Below are positions 49,695-60,759 of a stretch of 64,000 nt of DNA, piece after piece. The position numbers and the translations under genes are program-made. Position 1 is the stretch's first letter, and each line of letters begins with the position of its first letter. The stretch comes from Eledone cirrhosa (taxonomy: Eukaryota). Location of the stretch: positions 25,420,001-25,484,000 of the forward strand of contig OZ024764.1 of the NCBI GenBank assembly GCA_964016885.1, given 5' to 3'. The notes below the pieces were generated by a model, which was not told the DNA's origin, did no database searches, and saw only the letters and a list, made by a program, of their open reading frames with translations.

Positions 49695-50769
49695 ATATAT
49701 ATATAATAGTAGAAGACTGGAGGGTCATATCCATTGGAGTAGAGCACTCAGTCTATGACAAGTCTGATGATCTGATTAAGGAGAAATAATTGTTCTTGGT
49801 AATGGTGAATTAACCATCACCGTTTTATGCCCATTTTCCACACTAGCATGGGTTAGACGAGTTGTCCTGTTGTGGGCAAGGCTAGATCAGGTGACCATGT
49901 CTTGCTGATATAGAACTGATTTTGGCTTGGTTTCTAATGCCAACCACATTTACAGTGCGTGCTGGGTGCCTTTTGTCGTCACACCTACATGACCACATAG
50001 TATTGTTATTTTCTGTATGTTGTATATATTTGTAAGTCCTGGGGTACTCTATATAATATGTGTACAGTACATAGTCATGCTATTTTCAACCTTGGAGGGA
50101 TTTGAACTCAGAAAGTATGCTTGCTGCTTGGAAGTCCCTCGATTCTGAAAACAACTTTTCAGGTTGTGCTAAACACAATTGGTGAAGACGTTGCTATGGA
50201 GAGGAGACAAAAGGCCAAGAGGCAGAGTTTTCCAAAAGTTGGACAAGGAATCGAAGAGCTGGATGATGGAGGTGATCCTGTCTAGCAACAGCCGTAGCAC
50301 GCTTCGCTCAGCATTCATCGAACCATTGACAATGCTTTGTCTAGATGGTTTCACAAGCTTGATGGCAGATGGTCCACCATCCACTTCACCACACAGCAAC
50401 CCTTCGGAGGTGAAAGAGGAATGTTGCATTTCCACAAGATGGCAGCAATGAGATCTTTGTGTCCCTTCCTCTGTCCTCTAACATATCGTTGACCTTCAGT
50501 TAGTTCCCCATACAAGATAGGGAAGGTAGTTGAAGTAGAACATCTAGTAAGAACATATACCATGAAGTGGTGCTCCACCAACTCTGCCAATCTAAGACCA
50601 ACTCCAGGAAAAATAAAGCTCAGTTACACAAAAGGATATAACTAGAGACTACATTATTTACGAAGGTCGGCCGAAAAGTTCATAGACTGACCAAGGTACT
50701 CTCATGGAATGACCAAATGAGGTTTAGTTTCTAACATAGTCCCTGGATAGAAACAATGCAGTTATTAAT

Positions 50770-50980
50770 GATTTCTACTTAGGGTACAAGCCCCAAAATT
50801 TGGAGGATGGGAAAGTCAATTAAACAACCCCAGTACATTACTGGTACTTTATTTCATCGACCCCGTAGCCGTAAGGATAAAAGGCAAAGTTAACCTCGAT
50901 GGGATTTGAACTCAGAACGTAAAGGGACGTAACTGCTGCAAAGCAGGGTGTCTGATGCTCTACCAATACTGCCAATCCAG
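50770..50980 (-). mobile_element. tRNA-derived SINE
   Basis: Same family as the 30640 and 44493 copies. Confidence 0.7.
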
Positions 50981-50998
50981 CGCAGTTATTAACCCTTT

Positions 50999-51219
50999 AA
51001 CATTTACATTACTCTATATATACTATTGTATTGTCACAGTAAAGGCTTTACCTCACATAATAACTCACATAACATTTACATTACTCTATATATACTATTG
51101 TATTTTTACAGTAAAGGCTTTACCTCACATAATATCTCACATAACATTTACATTACTCTATATATACTATTGTATTTTCACAGTAAAGGCTTTACCACAC
51201 GTAATATCTCACATAACAT
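50999..51219. repeat. 72-bp array, 3 units 5' of Tx1 copy B
   Basis: Same unit as 5542-6309. Confidence 0.95.
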
Positions 51220-51429
51220 CTCGTATACGAGAAACGTGTGTTGACGTGTGTGAACAAGCTCGGCTACCGAGTAGAATTTACTTACTCAAAAGTGAGTTTT
51301 GATTAATTTTTTTATATTGTAATATACGTTAACCCCTTGCCTTGGTCGTCAAACTTTGAGTTTATTTATTTTCGCCCCTTTTTGGGGCGAATTTTCCAGT
51401 TAAAAACTTATTACGGCAAACTAATAGAA

Positions 51430-53163
51430 ATGGACGGAATTTTCACATCTCATCCTAACGTGAAAGCCACGCCCCCTAAGAAAGGTGATACAGAGAAGCT
51501 AGAAGCACAAGGCTCTAAGTCTTCCCTCCTGACTTCTGCAAAAGAAACATGGAACACGGAATTAAAAGAAAAGTTTGTAAAAATGGGTGAAAACCCAGAA
51601 AGTCACATAAACGCAGACAAAAACAACAACGACAATAACAGCAATAGTCACAACACCAACCAAGGAAAAAATAACGATAACACCAAACAAAGCGAACCCA
51701 CTACTGGTGCCTCCTTTGCACAGGCGGTCCGGAAAACACAAACCTGCAAGCAACTGGACATTACAACTCTGAGAGAAAAGATGAAGGAAGCGAAACAGTA
51801 TGTAACTTTCAAAGAAGGAGGAGACTTCACAATCACCTCCCCACAAGAAATCAAAAGAGACACGACGCTAAGAACGATATCCTTCAGAATAATTTCCAAC
51901 ATAACAAGGAAACCAACTCAATTATCCAAAAAAGAGATTGAGCTGGTCCTAAAAAATGTGTGGAGTGATATATCGTTCATACAAAAAGGGCCACTCTATG
52001 GGAATATAACGGTCCTAATGAAGGATCAATTGACGGCCAGGAAATACTCTGTGGCGCCAATTGTTTCCAAGCTACATACATTTTTCCCCACATATTTAGG
52101 GAAAAGAACGCAGAAGATAAGGGTCTCCGGAATCCGGCCAAATGCATGCATTTCCTGGGTACTAACAGGATTTTTAGAAGACGAGGACGGAATCCTTTCA
52201 GTAGGAGAAGTCACCACAGACGTTTTCGGCGGTTTGAGCGTGGAGGTTCTGGTCCAAATGAGACCAGAACGAATAGCTAGAATACCACAGAGGGTGTCCC
52301 TCGATGGAGAAACATTTATATATATTTCAGCCGAGGGTAGGAGGCCCATATGTTACTACTGTTCAAGCAGGGGTCATCTAAGGGCTGCTTGTCCTCAATT
52401 GACAAAAAAAAAGGCTCTTTTGCCTACACCCCACACACCACACCGCCACCACCACCACCTCCACCACCACCACCACAACAACAACAAAAACAACACGGAA
52501 AAATAACACAAGACACGGCCCCACCCAAAACAACTCCCAAAACACACACAAATACAACAAAACCCCAAAATACACCACTACCCGACAGCACGGACGAGGA
52601 CCCAGCGGAAACGGCACCTAGTGACGAAGAGGGGGAACCCTTCCAGCCTGTAAAAAGGAAAAAAGGAAAGCACCACTCGAACATAAACGAAACAAACACA
52701 CAACCACCAACAAAAACAATGCAAACAGAACAAACAAAATCCGCCCCACCCCAAAACATAACACATACAACAAAACGTAAGCACACACAAGAACAACAAA
52801 CAAACACGACACAAATAAAACAGTATACATACATTAACACAAATAACAAAGAACTCGTAAAAACAATACACAAAGACCCTTCGGTGGAAACTGAAGGGCA
52901 ATTCTTTGCAAGCGCGGCCAACAAACCGCATTTAAAAATGATAAGACTCCCAATGGACACCTATGCAAAACTAAGAGAGAACTTTCCTGAGGACGTGGGG
53001 AAAACATGTACTCGACCCTATAACCGCGTCCTCTTGAAACGTTTCCCCACCCACACCTCACCAAACACCCCCCACTCCACCACAGAACAACACCCCACCA
53101 AACAACACCTCCAATACGCCCATGGATATTGTGCAACCTGCTCCTCAGGAGCCGAACAGGTAG
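51430..53163 (+). pseudogene. Tx1 ORF1, frameshifted
   Basis: Matches copy A ORF1, with 1-bp indels at ~52440 and ~53070. Confidence 0.85.
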
Positions 53164-53184
53164 GTCCTTCCTCTTTTAACCAAC

Positions 53185-56100
53185 ATGGCTGATATAAGAG
53201 TTGGGTGTCTGAATGTACGTGGCCTGGGACTGTCTTGGAAACAAGGCAAACTTTTAAACGATCTCAGGTCGCATAGAATGGATGTAATGGCTATTTGCGA
53301 GTCCAGGATCAGCAGCGAGCACCAACTGGCGCCCCTCTTCGACGACTTTGAGATCTTCGCATCTCTCTGTCAACCGGGGGGTGGGGGTGGAGTTGTCGTT
53401 CTGCTGCGAAAACACCTGGGCCTCGCCATACAGAAGGTGCACCTGGACCCGGAGGGTCGACTGGTGGTTTTAGACGGCGGCAGTAGTGAAAGTGGAGCCC
53501 TTAGACTAATAGCTGTGTACGCCCCTTTTTGGGCAGCGCGGCCGGAATACTTCCAACGTCTGGAAACTTTTCTGGGAACGTCCCGCTCCTTGCTTTTAGT
53601 GGGGGACTGGAATGGTATCCTGGATGCACATTGGGACTATGTAGGGGCATGTGCCAATAGAGGGGGGTGTAAAAGGCTCAAAAGGTTAATCGGCCGATTT
53701 GACCTGGCCGATAGATATCGACTAGATTTTCCGACTGTACCACTATGGACGTGGACCAATCGCAGTGGAACATCTAGGTCGTACCTAGATAGGGTCCTAG
53801 TTAGAGAGAAGGATAGGGACACATTTAGCTGTCCAAAAATGTTCATGGTTGACTATTCGGATCACAAGTTAGTGACCTGCATAGCCAACCTTGATAGAAC
53901 CCATAGACAGGGACCCGGTTACTGGAAGCTGAACTTGTCCTTACCGAGAAGCAAAGCTTACAGTAAACGGATTAGCACGTTAGTTAAGCAGAGTTTGACA
54001 GGGGCAATTGTCAACAACAGGTGGTGGAGCTCTCTTAAGAGAGCAATTAGAATAGAATCGATAGGTTTTAGTCAGGAATTAGCCAGGGATAGGAACAAGA
54101 CGGAAAGGGAATTAGTAGATAGAGTAGAAGAGGCGATTAGGAGTGGCAATGTAGCCGGCGTGCTGGCATCAAGAATGGCCTTAGACCAGTTCTTTGAGGT
54201 GAAGCATGAAGGCTGCGTTGTCAGGAGTAAAATACGTGCTCTGGGTAATGAGGGAGCCAAAGCTGTGAGCTGGGCCCGAGTGACAGAGGCAAAAAGTGGG
54301 AACAAGTCCACGATTCGGTCTTTGAAGGACCAGGATGGGCGTGTGATCCTTGAACCTGGGCAGATGTGTGCGGCCTTTCAGCGGCACTTTGCACGACTGT
54401 TCGAGAGGGGCGGCGTGCAGGGTGAGACTATGGATTTCAATCCATACCTCGACGGTCTGCCGCGCCTCTCGGACGCGACTCCTGCGAAAGGACGATTTCA
54501 GCTGCTGAGATAGGGGCGGCGCTGAGCCAATGCGGCAAACGCAAATCCCCGGGTCTCGATGGTCTACCATACGAGCTATATGTAGCGATGCCGGACTTGT
54601 TCTCCGATATCCTCGAAGCGGTCTACTGCAACTGGCAGCAGAATGGGAGAATTCCCAGTTCTGTGACCAAGGGCGTAGTTACGCTGGTGAGGAAGGATGA
54701 GAACAAGGGGGATGACATAAGTAACTTCAGACCCATAACTCTGCTAAATACAGAGTTAAAGATTTTGGCCAAGGTGTTAACGAAGAGGTTGGCGCTTGTC
54801 GTTGGAAACCTGGTGGGAGAAGCGCAGACATGCGCAATCCCATCCAGGTCCATTCACGACAATCTCCACCTTATGCGATACATCATAGAGAGGGTAGGGA
54901 ATGAACCCGGCTTTGGTGGGGCCCTGATCAACTTGGATCAATCTAAAGCTTTCGATAGGGTTGACCATCGTTACCTGAATGCGGTGCTCGCGGCGGCAGG
55001 CTTCGGACCCGTTTTCAGGAGTTGGATTGCTGCGATGCACAGCAGCAACGTCTGCTCAAGGGTCAAGGTGAACGGCCACCTCTCGGAGCCGTTCCAAATC
55101 ATGCGATCCATCTGACAGGGATGCCCTCTCTCCTCCCTACTGTATGTGCTGGCTCTTGAGCCACTACTGCGGAAGTTGGAGCGGTTGCAGGGCATCCCTT
55201 TGGAACCGGGATTGCAGAAAGCGGCGTCGGCCTACGCCGATGACGTGACAGTAATGGTGTTGAAAACCTTGCAAATCGGTGAGATCGGCACCTTACTGGA
55301 GGAATATGAAAGGTTTACAGGAGCCAAGCTGAACCGGGACAAGTCCGTCGGTTTGCAACTCGGAACATGGAGAGGCAAACCGATGCCCTCCAACGACGTC
55401 GTCGGACGCTGGACGGAGGGCCCGGTGAAGCTGCTTGGGGTCTGGTTCGGACCAGACCTCCAGGTGGAGAAAAACTGGAACAAGGTAACGGCCAGGGTGT
55501 TTGCACTCACCCAGAAGTGGGCCCAGTGCAAACTATCCCTGAAAGGTCGAGCGGGGTTGGCGAATACTTATATAGTATCCGTCATCTACTACCGCTTGAC
55601 CGTCGTGCCTTGCCCAGTGAAAAGACTCGCCAAAATGGAGTGCGCGCTGTTCCAATTTCTTTGGAACAAGCGGACCCCTTTGGTGAGGAGATCCATCTGC
55701 TGTCAACACCCTTCGAAAGGAGGGCTGGGGATGCCGTGGCTACAGATGCGTAAACACGCATTAAGGCTACGGCACCTCCAGGTATTCCTCACCGGTCAAC
55801 CGGTGTGGGCCCCGTTTGTGAGGCGAGCCTTTCCCAGACTCGTCTCGCTCACCGAGCTGCAATCCTGGGTCAAGCAAAGACCGAGAAAAGTGGGCGACTG
55901 GCACATTGAATGTGCCCAGGCGCTCACGGCCCTCTGGAAAGCGGACCCGGCAATCAGTGGAGACTCCACCTCGACATTCTATAGAGGGTTGGTACGCAGC
56001 AGGTGCGACGATGCTCTCGGAGAAGCTCTAGGCATGGAGGAAGATGAACTGGCCAGTCTGTTCGGTAGGACGTTTGGCCCTGGACCGATGGACAACTTCC

Positions 56101-56615
56101 AAAAGTCCCTGGCTTGGCAGTGCTACCGAGGGGCTCTACCCATTCGAGACAAGCTCCACAGGCATGGGTGCCTGGGTAGAGATCCTTTGAATAAGATCTG
56201 TCCGAGATGCGTGCATGATGACGAAACCGTTGCGCACGCATTCGTACACTGCCCAGGCATTGCTGACCTGTGGGGCTATGTGGAACGACTACTGTCGAGG
56301 GTGGGACCAATCCGGTTGACCACCGAGTCCATTGTCACGATCAAACCGCCTCCCCCTTTCAAAAACGAAGGAGAGGCGGTTTTTCTCTGTGTGATAGCCA
56401 TGGCTAAAGAAGTTGTATGGTGGACGAGGCTGAAAGGGCTGAGGTCAGACACCTTTCTCTCCGGCCAACAACTGGTCCCCTTTTTCAAATACCATTTTAA
56501 AAGAAGGATCAGAATGGAGAGAGAGGTGCTCTACCCCAGCAAGTTTTATGAAAGGTGGGTGAAAGTAGGGAGAATGGCCAGAGTGAATGGGTCTTCTCTC
56601 TATATCAGCCTGTAG
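53185..56615 (+). pseudogene. Tx1 ORF2, disrupted
   Basis: APE and YADD are intact. Frameshift at ~54478 and a CGA->TGA stop at 55113. Confidence 0.9.
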
Positions 56616-57226
56616 GTGAAAGAAGAGGAAAAAGAGGAGACGAGGGAAGCACCTACTCTTTGTGCTCCTGAGGAGAAGGGTTGCACATTTTTTCCGGGGT
56701 GTGTGCGACTCATGTTAATGCCCCCTCCCTATTGAGGACTTTGTTTGCTGTTGTTATTTCATTGTTATATTTTTGTACTCGTTAATTATATGTAAACTTC
56801 CCCCCTTGTATCTGTCCCTACCTTTTGTGCCCTAGTGGCAAATAAAGAAACCACTCTATATATACTATTGTATTTTCACAGTAAAGGCTTTACCTCACAT
56901 AATATCTCACATAACATTTACATTACTCTATATATACTATTGTATTTTCACAGTAAAGGCTTTACCTCACATAATATCTCACATAACATTTACATTACTC
57001 TATATATACTATTGTATTGTCACAGTAAAGGCTTTACCTCACATAATATCTCACATAACATTTACATTACTCTATATATACTATTGTATTTTCACAGTAA
57101 AGGCTTAACATCACATAATAGCTCACATAACATTTACATTACTCTATATATACTATTGTATTTTCACAGTAAAGGCTTTACCTCACATAATATCTCACAT
57201 AACATTTACATTACTCTATATATACT

Positions 57227-59290
57227 GGAACGGTGGGACACACCATGGTCACCCGGATAGTAAACCAAGTCATACAGAATGGGGTTTTTCCGAAGGACTG
57301 GCGTAGCAGCATCATCATTAACTGTTACAAGGGTAAAGGAGACGCCCTAGATAGGAGTAACTATAGAGGGATTAACTTAATCGACCAGGTCATGAAGGTC
57401 ACGGAAAAAGTAATAGTGCAACTAATCAGAGAGAGAATCGATCTAGATGAAATGCAGTTCGGGTTTGTGTCAGGCAAAAGTACCACAGACGCTCTTTTCA
57501 TTGTACGACAACTACAGGAGAAGTACCTAGCTAAAAGTAAACCCCTATACTTAGCCTTTGTCGACTTGGAGAAAGCCTTCGACAGAGTCCCCCGTCCCAT
57601 CATCTGGTGGGCTATTAGAAAACTAGGTGTTGACGAATGGCTTGTGAGAGCTATACAAGCCATGTATAAAGAAACAGTGAGCAAGGTTAGAATTAACAAC
57701 GAATATAGTGAAGAGTTTAGCGTAAAAGTTGGTGTCCATCAGGGCTCTGTTCTTAGCCCCCTACTATTCATTATTGCTCTTCAGTCTATAACAGAGGAGT
57801 TCAAGACCGGCTGCCCATGGGAACTCCTATACGCAGATGACCTAACGCTCATAGCTGAATCAATGGCCGAGCTAGAGAAGAAATTCCAAACATGGAAGCA
57901 CGGCCGAGAATGAAAAGGCCTTAAAATTAACATGGCTAAGACTAAAGTTCTAGTTTGTAGGAAAGAAAATAAGGCGCCGGTCCCTTCCGGGAAATGGCCA
58001 TGCTCAGTGTGTAGGAAAGGCGTAAGTAGAAACTCCATTTTATGTCCCAAATGCAAAGTATGGGTGCATAAAAGATGTAGTGGGATCACAGGTAAGCTAA
58101 CTAAGAACACAGATTTTACATGTGGCCGGTGCTCTGGTGCAATAAGTAGCAGCAAGTGCCCACAGAATACTAGCTCTTTCAACTGCGCAGAGGGTTCTAT
58201 AGAAATAGTGGACAGCTTCCGTTACCTGGGTGACAAAATCAGCAGTGGGGGAGGGTGCTCCGAAAGTACAGTAGCTAGAGTCAGAACTGGATGGAAAAAG
58301 TTCAGAGAGCTTATACCACTATTAGCCGCTAAAGGGTTCTCCCTAAAAGTGAAAGGCAGGTTGTATGATGCCTGCATACGAACAGCAATGTTGCATGGCA
58401 GTGAGACCTGGGCATTGTGTGCAGAGGATATACGCAGACTAGAGAGGAACGAAGCTTGCATGCTCTGCTGGATGTGTAATAGTAATATACGCGAACGGCA
58501 AAGCATAAACGAACTAAGGAAAAAATTAGAAATAAGAGGGATCAGATGTTGTTTACTCGAGAGAAGGCTACGTTGGTATGGTCACGTGATGCGCATGAAA
58601 GACGACAGCTGTATAACAAAGTGCAGGGCAATAAAGATAGATGGTAGCCACGGAGTAGGCAGACCCATAAAAACCTGGGACGAGCTGATAAATTCCGACC
58701 TCACACACTTACACCTCTCCAAGACAATGTCACTGGACCGAGACCTTTGGCGGTACTCAGTAACAGAGAAGACCCGCGTTACCTAAATACAAAGTAAAAC
58801 CTACTACAGTCAGTAGGCATCTCTAACAAAATACACCCCCGTCCCACCACCCCCACCCCATCCACACCGCCCCTTTCAATGTAAAGTTATGTTGGTGCCA
58901 CAAAATCCAGGCCGAAACAAATGAGATCGTGTAGGTGTCACGAAAAAAAAACACACAGTCCACGCTGTAATGTGACCGTGTAGGCAACACGGTAAAAACG
59001 TCCCAGTCACACACTGTAAATGTGGTTGGTGTTAGGAAGGGCATCCAGCTGTAGAAAACCTGCCAGACAGTCCACGCTGTAATGTGGCCGTCTAGGCAAC
59101 ACGGTAAAAACCTCCCAGCCCCACACTGTAAATGTGGTTGGTGTTAGGAAGGGCATCCAACTGTAGAAAACCCACCAGACAGTCCTATGCGAGCAAGACA
59201 ACCACTCTTGCCTCAAGTGGGAAATCTCCCGTCCAAACCCATGCAAGCATGGAACACGGACGTTAAACGATGATGATGATGATGATGATG
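57227..59290 (+). mobile_element. 5'-truncated RTE LINE
   Basis: RT (LLYADD), PHD-like finger, one stop at 57911, 3' UTR and (GAT)n tail. Flanks TATATACT| and |ATACTATTG give a possible ATACT TSD. Confidence 0.92.
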
Positions 59291-59580
59291 ATACTATTGT
59301 ATTTTCACAGTAAAGGCTTTACCTCACATAATATCTCACATAACATTTACATTACTCTATATATACTATTGTATTTTCACAGTAAAGGCTTAACATCACA
59401 TAATATCTCACATAACATTTACATTACTCTATATATACTATTGTATTTTCACAGTAAAGGCTTAACATCACATAATAGCTCACATAACATTTACATTACT
59501 CTATATATACTATTGTATTTTTACAGTAAAGGCTTAACATCACATAATAGCTCACATAACATTTACATTACACTATATAT

Positions 59581-60097
59581 CATCATCATCTTCGTTTAAC
59601 GTCTATCTTCCACGCTAGCATGGGTTAGACAGGAGTTGTCCCATTTGAGGCAAGGTTGGTCGGGTGACCATGTCTCGCTCATATAGGACTGTCTGGCAGG
59701 TTTTCTACGGCTGGATGCCCTTCCTAACACCAACCACATTTACAGTCTGGAACTGGGAACTTTGTACTGTGTTACCTACACGGCCACATTACAGCGTGGA
59801 CTGTGTGTGTTTTTACTCGTGACACCTACACGATCTCGATCTCATTTATTTGGTGGTGTTGGTGGGAGTGGGAGGATAGGGTAGGGTTAGTGGATTGGGG
59901 TGTATATTTGGTTAAGAGGTGCCTACTGACTGTATGTTTCGCTTTGTACATAGGCAAGGCGGGTCTTCTGTATTACTGCGTAGCGCCAAATATTTCGGCC
60001 CAGTGACATTGTCTTAGATAGGTGCAAGTGTGTAAGGTCGGAATTTATCAGATCGTCCCAGGCTTTTCTGGGTCTACCTATTCCGTAACTACCATCA
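59581..60097 (-). mobile_element. Short 5'-truncated RTE copy, inverted
   Basis: catcatcatc tail, 3' UTR and ORF end matching 58630-59290. Confidence 0.85.
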
Positions 60098-60403
60098 ATA
60101 CTATTGTATTTTCACAGTAAAGGCTTTACTTCACATAATATCTCACATAATATCGCATCTGAGATTTTGATATCAGTTATTTTGAGAACAATACCTGAGG
60201 TATGAGTGGCCCGTTAAAACTGGTTTGAACAGAAAGAGGTGAGAGAATTCTGGCCGGATACAAGTGGTTTAAAAGCTAAAGGGTTAATAAAAAGAGTTTG
60301 AAATGAATGTATGCATAATTTCACAGCCCTAGCATCACTCTTTCATAGTCAGCCTATGGATTTTCCAACCGACCCTTGTATTGCATTATCATTATTTACC
60401 CAC

Positions 60404-60619
60404 CAGCTTTAGCTAACATGCTGCTGAAAACATCTACCAGATATTCCGTGGTTATTTCCAGGTTCTGCAGTTGACCTATGATGAGACCGATGGGTTTCTT
60501 GGATTGGGACGGTACATTGACCATGAGAGGGAGCAACATGTGGTCGGATACCATCTTGAGGTTCAGTTTCTCATTGAGGCCAACACATATCTTCTTGAGG
60601 CACTGGATTCCAGCGACAT
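60404..60619 (-). CDS. Host gene exon 1 in window (C-lobe end of PKDCC/VLK-type kinase)
   Basis: caacag|AT GTC...GCT G|gtgggt; 216 nt, phase 1/1. IQCLKKICVGLNEKLNL resembles PKDCC LPCSAQGWCEGMNEKRNL. Confidence 0.82.
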
Positions 60620-60759
60620 CTGTTGGTGGTGGATGAAAAGAGAGAGACGAGAGTAAGAGAAGGGGGAGAGAAGTGTGCAGTTCAGGGATTGGGAAATGAA
60701 AACAGCTCAAAGGATAGAAGACAAAAGTAGATGAAGGCAGCAGGAGATAGGGGCAGAAT

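Larger units (their letters stand above)
51220..56852 (+). mobile_element. Tx1-clade LINE, copy B (apparently full length, ~5.6 kb)
   Basis: Collinear with copy A with scattered substitutions. Identical 3' junction AATAAAGAAACC|ACTCTATATATAC. The 5' boundary is uncertain by ~13 bp. Confidence 0.93.
56853..60150. repeat. 72-bp array 3' of copy B, in three blocks (56853-57226, 59291-59580, 60098-60150)
   Basis: Same unit, mostly the GTATTTTCAC variant, split by RTE insertions. Confidence 0.93.
50989..60287 (+). mobile_element. Composite element: TTAA MITE + internal 72-bp array + Tx1 LINE + two RTE insertions
   Basis: TTAA-CCCTTTAACATTTA (50989) ... TAAAAGCTAAAGGG-TTAA (60287); TIRs match at 12 of 14 positions. 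Confidence 0.85.

Noticed and set aside
49758-49800. Possible hammerhead (CTGATGA...GAAA)
   Set aside because: Stem II is essentially absent, so it is not distinguishable from chance.
50351-50745. LINE remnant (LYGEL..GQRKGHKD) and a mariner-like TIR fragment
   Set aside because: Probably real but too short and degraded to delimit, so not listed as features.
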